This document shows, one piece after another, positions 57,450 to 64,000 of a DNA stretch of 64,000 nucleotides. Each line of letters starts with the position of its first letter. Position 1 is the stretch's first letter. The position numbers were made by a program, and so were the translations under genes. The notes beneath the pieces were generated by a model. That model was given only the letters and a program-made list of their open reading frames with translations. It had not been told where the DNA came from and searched no databases. Location of the stretch: positions 2,403 to 66,402 of the forward strand of contig CAZYQC010000011.1 of the NCBI GenBank assembly GCA_964649815.1, in the 5' to 3' direction. The DNA is from an uncultured Rhodobacterales bacterium (lineage in GTDB: Bacteria; Pseudomonadota; Alphaproteobacteria; Rhodobacterales; Rhodobacteraceae).

Positions 57450-58439
57450 ATGTCCGACGTAACGCATGTATCCGCACCAGATGACCGCAGCTGGCTGAGA
57501 CGCAACAAGCTCGCCGTTGCCCCTTGGATTTTCCTGATCCCCGCACTGGTCTTTTTCGCCATCTATGTGGTGATCCCGATTTTCGAAAGCCTCTGGCTGA
57601 GCCTTTACGAATGGAACGGTCTCTACACTGCTGACGGGCAATCGACCGCAACCTGGGTCGGTTTCGATAACTACGTCAAATTGTGGGATGACCCGAATTT
57701 CTGGGTCTCACTGCGCAACAACCTCGCCTGGCTGATCCTCTATATGCTCGCCGTTCCAGCGGGGCTGTTTATCGCGTTGTTCCTGAACCAGACTGTCACG
57801 GGCATGCGCTTTTATAAGTCCATGTTTTTCTTTCCATTTGTCATCTCGCAGGTGGTCGTGGGCCTGATCTTTGGCTGGTTTTACAACCCGGATTTTGGCG
57901 TTGTCGGAACGATCTGGAAATGGGCCTTCTGCGAAGAAACCGTAAACATCCTGGGCAACGCGACCTTCAAATGCTCGCGCCCTGTGCCCGACATCCTTTC
58001 CAGCCCGGAATGGGCCACCTACGGCATCATCGCCGCAGGCCTCTGGCCGCAGATCGCCTATTGCATGATCCTCTACCTCACCGGGCTCAACAACGTGGCC
58101 GCCGACCAGATCGAGGCCGCGCGCCTTGACGGTGCAAAAGGGTGGCGGATGCTGTGGTTTGTGGTCATCCCGCAGCTGCGCCCGGCGACATTCATTGCGG
58201 TCGTCGTGACAGTCATCGGCGCTTTGCGCTCGTTCGACATGATCGCGATCATGACCCAGGGCGGCCCCTTCGGCTCGACCAACGTTTTGGCGCATTACAT
58301 GTACGAGGTCGCGATCTCGGAATATGGCGAACGCTACGGATACGGATCTGCCGTGGCTTCCGTCCTCTTTGCCATCATGCTCGTCTACATCAGCTATTTC
58401 CTGTGGCGGATGTACCAGGATGAAAAGGACAGCCGCTGA
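57450..58439 (+). CDS. Sugar ABC transporter permease (MalF/UgpA type)
   Basis: Six-TM permease with EAA-loop region QIEAARLDGAKGWRMLWFVVIPQLRP. Confidence 0.9.
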   Translation: MSDVTHVSAPDDRSWLRRNKLAVAPWIFLIPALVFFAIYVVIPIFESLWLSLYEWNGLYTADGQSTATWVGFDNYVKLWDDPNFWVSLRNNLAWLILYMLAVPAGLFIALFLNQTVTGMRFYKSMFFFPFVISQVVVGLIFGWFYNPDFGVVGTIWKWAFCEETVNILGNATFKCSRPVPDILSSPEWATYGIIAAGLWPQIAYCMILYLTGLNNVAADQIEAARLDGAKGWRMLWFVVIPQLRPATFIAVVVTVIGALRSFDMIAIMTQGGPFGSTNVLAHYMYEVAISEYGERYGYGSAVASVLFAIMLVYISYFLWRMYQDEKDSR

Positions 58440-59287
58440 TGTTTCCCCGTCCGATCGAGAAATCCGGCCCCGGTGCGCAGTTCGCCTATCAGGCCTTTTT
58501 GCCCGTCGCTTTGATCCTCTGGCTGTTGCCTCTGCTCGCGATTTTCCTCACGTCGATCCGTTCGGCGCAAGACATCAACTCGGGCAATGTCTTTGGATGG
58601 CCCTCGCAATTCAAGATGCTGGAGAATTACACGGCGGTCTTCACCCAATCCGAGGCGGCGCAATACATGCTGAACTCGGTGCTGATCACGGTGCCAACGG
58701 TGGCGATTTCCGTGGCCCTTGCCTGTTTGGCTGGCTACGCGCTCGCCATCTACCGGTTCCGTGTGGCTGTGCCGCTCTTCTTCCTCTTCGTTGCGGGCAA
58801 CTTTATCCCGTTCCAGATCCTGATGGTGCCGGTGCGTGATATGTCCGTTCAAACGGGTCTCTACGACACCATTGCCGGTCAGTTTCTGTTTCACGCCGCC
58901 TTCCAAACCGGGTTCTGCACGCTCTTTATGCGCAATTTCATCAAGGCCTTGCCCTTTGATCTGATCGAAAGCGCCCGCATCGAAGGCGTCGCGGAATGGA
59001 AGATCTTCTGGTACGTTGTCTTGCCGCTTGTGCGCCCCGCCATCGCAGCCCTCGCGGTGCTGATCTTCACCTTCGTCTGGAACGATTTCTTTTGGGCCAA
59101 CGTGCTGACCCAAGGCGAATCCGCCAAGCCGATCACGGCAGGCGTGCGGGCCTTGAACGGGCAATTCGTCAACAATTGGCACTTGGTGTCGGCGGCCTCC
59201 TTGCTGGCTGCGGTGCCGCCTGTGTTCATGTTTTTCCTGATGCAGCGGCATTTTATCGCCGGATTGACTTTGGGGGCTGTGAAATGA
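58439..59287 (+). CDS. Sugar ABC transporter permease (MalG/UgpE type)
   Basis: EAA-loop LIESARIEGVAEWKIFWYVVLPLVRP. Start overlaps the upstream stop (TGATG). Confidence 0.9.
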   Translation: MFPRPIEKSGPGAQFAYQAFLPVALILWLLPLLAIFLTSIRSAQDINSGNVFGWPSQFKMLENYTAVFTQSEAAQYMLNSVLITVPTVAISVALACLAGYALAIYRFRVAVPLFFLFVAGNFIPFQILMVPVRDMSVQTGLYDTIAGQFLFHAAFQTGFCTLFMRNFIKALPFDLIESARIEGVAEWKIFWYVVLPLVRPAIAALAVLIFTFVWNDFFWANVLTQGESAKPITAGVRALNGQFVNNWHLVSAASLLAAVPPVFMFFLMQRHFIAGLTLGAVK

Positions 59288-59469
59288 TCCGCCAAATGTT
59301 TGCTTGGATTTTCGGCATCAAAGCGCATCCAGACGTGTCATTCGCGCGCGCGGCGCACCCTCGCGACTTTCCGTCTGGACAGGCCCGCCAGATAGCGCTA
59401 ACGCGGCCTCAGTCCCCGGCGCATATTGCGAACGGGCACCCCCCCAAACTATTGGATTTCGGCCGATGA
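59284..59469 (+). CDS. Candidate 61-codon ORF bridging the permease and GH4 genes (hypothetical, unverified)
   Basis: The ATG at 59284 overlaps the permease stop (ATGA), preceded by GGGGG. Its TGA (59467-59469) overlaps the GH4 ATG (ATGA). Translation: MIRQMFAWIFGIKAHPDVSFARAAHPRDFPSGQARQIALTRPQSPAHIANGHPPKLLDFGR. Hand-counted third-position G+C is 40/61 codons. Confidence 0.3.
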   Translation: MIRQMFAWIFGIKAHPDVSFARAAHPRDFPSGQARQIALTRPQSPAHIANGHPPKLLDFGR

Positions 59470-60818
59470 CAAAGATCACCTTTATTGGTGCCGGCAGCAC
59501 CATATTCATGAAGAACATCATCGGGGATGCGCTGCATTACCCCGCGCTCTCAGACGCCACAATCGCGCTGATGGACATCGATCAGACGCGCCTGGCCGAA
59601 AGCGAGCTGGTGGCGAAAAAGCTGGTCGCCTCCCAAGGCGCCGCGGCCCAGGTCGAGACATTCACCCAGCAACGCGCCGCCCTCGACGGTGCCGATTTCG
59701 TCGTCGTCGCCTTTCAGATCGGCGGCTACAAGCCCTGCACCCTGACCGACTTTGACATTCCCAAACGCTATGGCCTGCGCCAAACGATCGCTGACACGCT
59801 GGGCGTGGGGGGCATCATGCGGGGCCTGCGGACCGTGCCGCATCTGTGGTCAATTTGCGAAGACATGCGCGCGGTCTGCCCGGATGCGCTGATGCTGCAA
59901 TACGTCAATCCAATGGCGATCAACACCTGGGCAATCACCGCGCAATATCCCGATATTAAACAGGTGGGCCTGTGCCATTCCGTGCAAGGCACCGCCGAAG
60001 AGCTCGCCCGCGACTTGGGCATTCCGGTCTCTGACCTGCGGTACCGCGCAGGTGGCATCAATCACATGGCCTTCTATCTCGATCTCGAGATGCGCACAGA
60101 CACGGGCTGGCGCGACGCCTATCCGGCCCTGCAACACGGCTATCGCGAAGGGCGCTTCCCCACAGCAACCGGCGCCAACCCCCGCTGCCCCAACCACGTC
60201 CGCTACGAAGTGATGAAGCACTTCGGATATTTCGTGACCGAAAGCTCTGAACATTTTGCCGAATATACACCCTGGTTCATCAAATCAGGCCGGCCCGATC
60301 TGATCCAACGCTTCGGCATCCCGCTCGACGAATATCCGACCCGCTGCGAAGAACAGATTGCAGAGTGGAGAGACCAAGCGCAAAGCCTCAAAACCGCCGC
60401 GCGGATCGACCATGACAAAAGCCACGAATACGCTGCCACCATCATGAATTCGGTCGTCACCGGCACGCCATCGGTCATCTATGGCAACGTCGCCAACCAC
60501 GGCCTGATCCCGCAATTGCCCCAAGGCTGCGCCGTCGAAACCCCGTGCCTCGTCGACGGCAAAGGCATCCAGCCAACCGCCGTGACCGACATCCCGCCTC
60601 AGTTGATTGCGATGATGCGCACGAATGTAAACGTCCAAGAGCTCACCGTGCACGCCTTGCTCAACCAAGACCGCGAGGCGATCCACCACGCCGCGATGCT
60701 TGATCCACATACAGCAGCCGAGCTGGACCTCGACCAGATCCGCAATCTGACCAACGATCTGATCACCGCACATGGCGATTGGATGCCCGCTTGGTTGCGC
60801 ACGGACAAAGCCGCATGA
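59466..60818 (+). CDS. GH4-family NAD+/Mn2+-dependent alpha-galactosidase / alpha-glucosidase
   Basis: ATG at 59466: MTKITFIGAGSTIFMKNIIGD (Rossmann). GH4 blocks YVNPMAINTW and GLCHSVQGT. The ORF-track 5' extension lacks homology-like features. Confidence 0.9.
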   Translation: MTKITFIGAGSTIFMKNIIGDALHYPALSDATIALMDIDQTRLAESELVAKKLVASQGAAAQVETFTQQRAALDGADFVVVAFQIGGYKPCTLTDFDIPKRYGLRQTIADTLGVGGIMRGLRTVPHLWSICEDMRAVCPDALMLQYVNPMAINTWAITAQYPDIKQVGLCHSVQGTAEELARDLGIPVSDLRYRAGGINHMAFYLDLEMRTDTGWRDAYPALQHGYREGRFPTATGANPRCPNHVRYEVMKHFGYFVTESSEHFAEYTPWFIKSGRPDLIQRFGIPLDEYPTRCEEQIAEWRDQAQSLKTAARIDHDKSHEYAATIMNSVVTGTPSVIYGNVANHGLIPQLPQGCAVETPCLVDGKGIQPTAVTDIPPQLIAMMRTNVNVQELTVHALLNQDREAIHHAAMLDPHTAAELDLDQIRNLTNDLITAHGDWMPAWLRTDKAA

Positions 60819-60906
60819 CCGATCTGCTTCTTTTGGACCCAAATACTCCCGCCGGAGGCGTCCACACCGGCCCACAGCGGCTCCGCCCGCACAATGAGCT
60901 TGCCCA

Positions 60907-61677
60907 ATGAACACATTCGCAACCTTCCATGATCTCAAAGACGCCAGCGTCTTTATCACTGGCGGCGGCTCCGGCATCGGCGCCTCTTTGACCGAAGGCT
61001 TTCTCGCCCAAGGCGCCAAGGTCGCCTTTGTCCAACGCTCTGACGCCAGCGGGTTTTGCGATGAAATGGCAGAGAAATTCGGCGCCCGCCCGCTCTATCT
61101 GCCCTGTGACATCACCGATGTCACAGCACTCCAGGCCGCGATGGCCCAGGCCGCCGAAGCGCATGGGCCGATCACGCGGCTGGTGAACAACGCAGCCAAT
61201 GACACACGTCACAAAACGCCCGACACCAGTGTCGAAGAGTGGGATTTGGGCCAGGCGGTCAATTTGCGCCCGCATTTCTTCACCGCTCAGGCCGCAGCGC
61301 CGGGGATGAAGGCCAATGGCTATGGCGCGATCGTCAATTTCTCCTCGATCAGCTACATGATGGGCAATGAGGGCTACCCAGGCTATGTGGCCGCCAAGGC
61401 CGGCATCACCGGGCTGACCCGTGGCTTGGCGCGCGAGCTGGGGCCAGATGGCATTCGGGTCAATGCGCTGATGCCGGGGTGGGTCTTGACCGACCGGCAG
61501 ATGGATCTCTGGGCGACGCCAGAAGGGCTCAAGGCGCATCTGGATCGCCAATGCCTGCCCGAACATCTCGCCCCGCGCGACATAGTCGAAGCGACGCTTT
61601 TTCTGTCGTCCGAGGCAAGCCGGATGATGACCGGACAGGCCCTTGTGGTCGACGGTGGCGTGGTGGTGACGGGATGA
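60907..61677 (+). CDS. SDR-family oxidoreductase (candidate sugar 1-dehydrogenase of the De Ley-Doudoroff route)
   Basis: TGGGSGIGAS cofactor motif, NNAA, catalytic YVAAKAG. Stop overlaps the dgoK start (ATGA). Substrate assignment is inference from context only. Confidence 0.8.
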   Translation: MNTFATFHDLKDASVFITGGGSGIGASLTEGFLAQGAKVAFVQRSDASGFCDEMAEKFGARPLYLPCDITDVTALQAAMAQAAEAHGPITRLVNNAANDTRHKTPDTSVEEWDLGQAVNLRPHFFTAQAAAPGMKANGYGAIVNFSSISYMMGNEGYPGYVAAKAGITGLTRGLARELGPDGIRVNALMPGWVLTDRQMDLWATPEGLKAHLDRQCLPEHLAPRDIVEATLFLSSEASRMMTGQALVVDGGVVVTG

Positions 61678-62570
61678 CAAACGTGGCCTGGATTGCGGTT
61701 GACTGGGGCACCTCGCGGTTGCGGGGCTGGGCCATGTCAGCGGACGATCAGGTCATCGAAGCCCGCAGCAGCGATGACGGTATGGCCGGGTTAAACCCCG
61801 CCGATTTCGCGCCGGTTCTGGTGCGCCTGATGGGCGATTTCCTCAGCCGCGAACGTATGCCCGTTGTGGCCTGTGGCATGCTGGGCGCGCGTCAGGGCTG
61901 GGCCGAGGCGGATTACGCCAGCGTGCCCTGCGCCCCGCCTCAGATCGGCGCAGCCACGCGCGTGCAAGACGCCGCGTTTGATGTCGCGATCCTGCCTGGG
62001 GTCAAACAACACAGCCCCGCCGATGTCATGCGTGGGGAAGAGACGCAAATCGCGGGCTTTTTGCGGGGGCATGGCGATTTTGACGGGGTGATCTGCTTGC
62101 CGGGGACGCATACGAAGTGGGTGCATATCTCTGCGGGGGAAATCGTGAGCTTTCGCACCGCGATGACGGGTGAGCTGTTTGGTGTTCTGAAAAACCACAG
62201 CATTCTGCGTCATGCCCTCGGCCAGGGCTGGGACGAGGCCGCTTTTGCCGCAGGGCTGGACAGCAGCCTCTCCAAGCCAGAGGGTCTGGCCACTCAGCTG
62301 TTTGGGCTGCGGGCCGAGAACCTTTTGCATGGCTTGGACGCAGCCGCCGCCACGGCCCGTCTTTCGGGCCTTTTGATTGGTGCCGAACTTGCCTCGATGA
62401 AGCCCTATTGGCTGGGTCAGCGCGTTGCCTTGATCGGGGCGCCCGCGCTCTGTGCGCGCTATGCAGCGGCACTCAAAACCCAAGGCGTTCCAACCGAAAC
62501 CGCCAATGGCGAAGACATGACATTGGCCGGGCTGATCGCGGCCCGCACACAAGGACGTATCGCTGCATGA
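61674..62570 (+). CDS. dgoK: 2-dehydro-3-deoxygalactonokinase
   Basis: ATG at 61674: MTNVAWIAVDWGTSRLRGW (DWGT(S/T)N/R-type start). Also GEETQIAGF and CLPGTHTKW blocks. Confidence 0.9.
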   Translation: MTNVAWIAVDWGTSRLRGWAMSADDQVIEARSSDDGMAGLNPADFAPVLVRLMGDFLSRERMPVVACGMLGARQGWAEADYASVPCAPPQIGAATRVQDAAFDVAILPGVKQHSPADVMRGEETQIAGFLRGHGDFDGVICLPGTHTKWVHISAGEIVSFRTAMTGELFGVLKNHSILRHALGQGWDEAAFAAGLDSSLSKPEGLATQLFGLRAENLLHGLDAAAATARLSGLLIGAELASMKPYWLGQRVALIGAPALCARYAAALKTQGVPTETANGEDMTLAGLIAARTQGRIAA

Positions 62571-63166
62571 GCCGCCCAATCATTGCAATTTTGCGCGGCA
62601 TCACGCCGAGTGAGGCCGGTGCCATCGCTCAGGAACTTGTGGCAGCGGGCATTGACCGCATCGAAGTTCCCCTGAACTCGCCCGAGCCCTATGACAGTAT
62701 CGCAGAGATGTTGGCCCAGGTTGGCGACGTCGCCCAGGTGGGGGCGGGCACAGTCCTAGAGGTGCCGCAGGTCGAAAGGCTGGCGTCAATTGGTGCGCAT
62801 ATGATCGTCTCACCGGACACGAATGCCACAGTGATTATGGCGACCAAAGCTTTGAATTTGCTTAGCTTTCCGGGGTGCTTTACGCCCACGGAGTGCTTTA
62901 CGGCGCTGGCTGCGGGTGCCGATGGGCTCAAGCTCTTTCCGGCCTCGCATCTTGGTCCCTCCGGGTTGAAGGCCGTCAAAGCGGTGCTGCCGGCGGGGAC
63001 GGAAACCTATGCCGTCGGCGGCGTGGGCGCCGAGGACTTTGGCACCTGGCGGGCGGCGGGTATCACCGGCTTTGGCATTGGCTCGGCGCTCTATGCGCCG
63101 GGGATGACCGCAGGCGACGTCCGCAAACGTGCAGACGCGCTTGTTGCGGCGTGGGATGCGGAGTGA
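62567..63166 (+). CDS. dgoA: 2-dehydro-3-deoxy-6-phosphogalactonate aldolase
   Basis: ATG at 62567 (ATGA overlap with dgoK): MSRPIIAILRGITPSEA...IEVPLNSP...GAGTVL...KLFPA, a KDPG/KDPGal aldolase pattern. Confidence 0.9.
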   Translation: MSRPIIAILRGITPSEAGAIAQELVAAGIDRIEVPLNSPEPYDSIAEMLAQVGDVAQVGAGTVLEVPQVERLASIGAHMIVSPDTNATVIMATKALNLLSFPGCFTPTECFTALAAGADGLKLFPASHLGPSGLKAVKAVLPAGTETYAVGGVGAEDFGTWRAAGITGFGIGSALYAPGMTAGDVRKRADALVAAWDAE

Positions 63167-63169
63167 TCG

Positions 63170-64000
63170 ATGCCGGTTTTTTCTGACACAATCTGCCAAT
63201 TGGGCGAGGGCCCGCTTTGGCATCCGACGCGGGCTCAGTTTTTCTGGTTCGACATTTTGGGCAAACGCCTGCTGACCAAAGTCGACGGTGACGAAAGCCA
63301 TTGGCAATTCGACAGCCATTTCAGTGCTGCGGGCTGGGTCGATGTCGATACGCTCTTTCTGGCAAGCGAGCGTGCGTTTTGGACCTTTGACATCCCCTCG
63401 GGCAAATTGACTGAACTGGCCGCATTGGAGGCTGATAATCCGATCACGCGGTCAAACGATGGGCGCGCTGACCCGTTTGGCGGCTTTTGGATCGGCACAA
63501 TGGGCAAACAATCCGAGCCTCGGGCCGGGCGCATTTGGCGCTATTACAAGGGCGAGGTACGCGAACTGTTCAATGGGATCACCGTCAGCAACTCTATCTG
63601 CTTTAGCCCTGATGGCACGACGGCCTATTTTGCGGACACGCTGAACAGTCGGATCGATCAAGTGCGGCTAGACCCTAAGGACGGCTGGCCTGTTGGCGCG
63701 CCAACGCCTTTCGTGGATGTCAAAGCGGAACGGCTTTTCCCTGACGGGTCTGTTGTGGATGCCGAAGGCAATCTGTGGAACGCGCAATGGGGCGCTGCGC
63801 GGGTGGCCTGCTATGGCTGGGATGGCCAGTTGAAAGACACGATCGATTTCGCGGCGAAACAGATCTCTTGCCCCGCGTTTGGAGGGCCTGGATTGGCGAC
63901 GTTATACGCGACGTCTGCGGCGGTGGGCGTCGAAGGGCCTGAGGACGGGAAGACATTTTTCGCGACACCGGGCGTGACCGGTCAGGCAGAACATCAGGTG
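63170..64000 (+). CDS. SMP-30/gluconolactonase/LRE-family lactonase; 3' end at or beyond the window edge
   Basis: Not in the ORF track because there is no stop in the window. I translated from the ATG at 63170: MPVFSDTICQLGEGPLWHPTRAQFFWFDILGKRLL...NDGRADPFGGFWIGTM...SNSICFSPDG...PDGSVVDAEGNLWNAQWG...CPAFGG. Open for 277 codons to nt 64000. Confidence 0.85.
   Translation, partial: MPVFSDTICQLGEGPLWHPTRAQFFWFDILGKRLLTKVDGDESHWQFDSHFSAAGWVDVDTLFLASERAFWTFDIPSGKLTELAALEADNPITRSNDGRADPFGGFWIGTMGKQSEPRAGRIWRYYKGEVRELFNGITVSNSICFSPDGTTAYFADTLNSRIDQVRLDPKDGWPVGAPTPFVDVKAERLFPDGSVVDAEGNLWNAQWGAARVACYGWDGQLKDTIDFAAKQISCPAFGGPGLATLYATSAAVGVEGPEDGKTFFATPGVTGQAEHQV

Noticed and set aside
1-64000. Scan for CRISPR arrays, tRNA/rRNA genes, transposases, integrases, phage or known defence genes
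   Set aside because: I saw no regularly spaced direct repeats and no cloverleaf-sized conserved RNA in any spacer. The largest spacers are 150-370 nt and are described above. No ORF has transposase, recombinase, restriction or phage-structural motifs.

Overview
GC-rich window with about 70 tightly packed genes. Gene content and synteny look like a Rhodobacteraceae (roseobacter-type) alphaproteobacterial chromosome; this is inference, since no search could be run.

Layout:
- 1-5.2 kb: folD (5' end cut off), a membrane-anchored LytTR protein, and an Lhr-like helicase plus PdeM pair.
- 5.2-18.2 kb, minus strand: a complete Tad/Flp type IVb pilus locus. Order is two flp pilins, cpaB, cpaC, an OmpA-family lipoprotein, cpaE, cpaF, tadB, tadC, two TPR lipoproteins, cpaA, then a wHTH-AAA+ ATPase translationally coupled to a HIBADH-like dehydrogenase. 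A lytic transglycosylase lies divergent at 18.4 kb.
- 19.3-21.7 kb: scoA and scoB, with a LOV-domain sensor kinase gene wedged between them.
- 21.8-27.1 kb: topA, dprA, tldD.
- 27.3-34.8 kb: ctaC-ctaB-orf-ctaG-ctaE-surf1, then thrC, an M16 peptidase and a GNAT.
- 34.8-35.1 kb: a 270-bp element bounded by 24-bp inverted repeats.
- 35-50 kb: housekeeping and accessory genes (MBL hydrolase, FAD oxidase, YHS protein, apt, lysE, mtnP, an RHH plus unknown two-gene module, sulP, Vat/CatB-like acetyltransferase, flavin reductase, GNAT, ecsC-like, modABC, NUDIX, DUF1178, SDR).
- 49.7-53.3 kb: lysC and ptsP.
- 54-64 kb: an IclR-controlled sugar ABC transporter, GH4 alpha-galactosidase and De Ley-Doudoroff (dgoK/dgoA/lactonase) locus.

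I saw no rRNA, tRNA, CRISPR array, transposase, integrase or phage genes.

I do not see an unambiguous new multi-gene system. The best leads are:
- the LOV kinase embedded in scoAB, whose H-box lacks the phospho-acceptor His;
- the RHH plus 125-aa overlapping gene pair (toxin-antitoxin-like);
- the uncharacterised wHTH-AAA+/dehydrogenase tail of the tad operon;
- the TIR-bounded 270-bp element;
- a 61-codon ORF coupled by ATGA overlaps on both sides inside the sugar operon.

All protein calls rest on motifs I recognise by eye in the supplied translations. No BLAST, HMM or folding software was run. Coordinates of starts I moved from the ORF track were checked by hand against the sequence.
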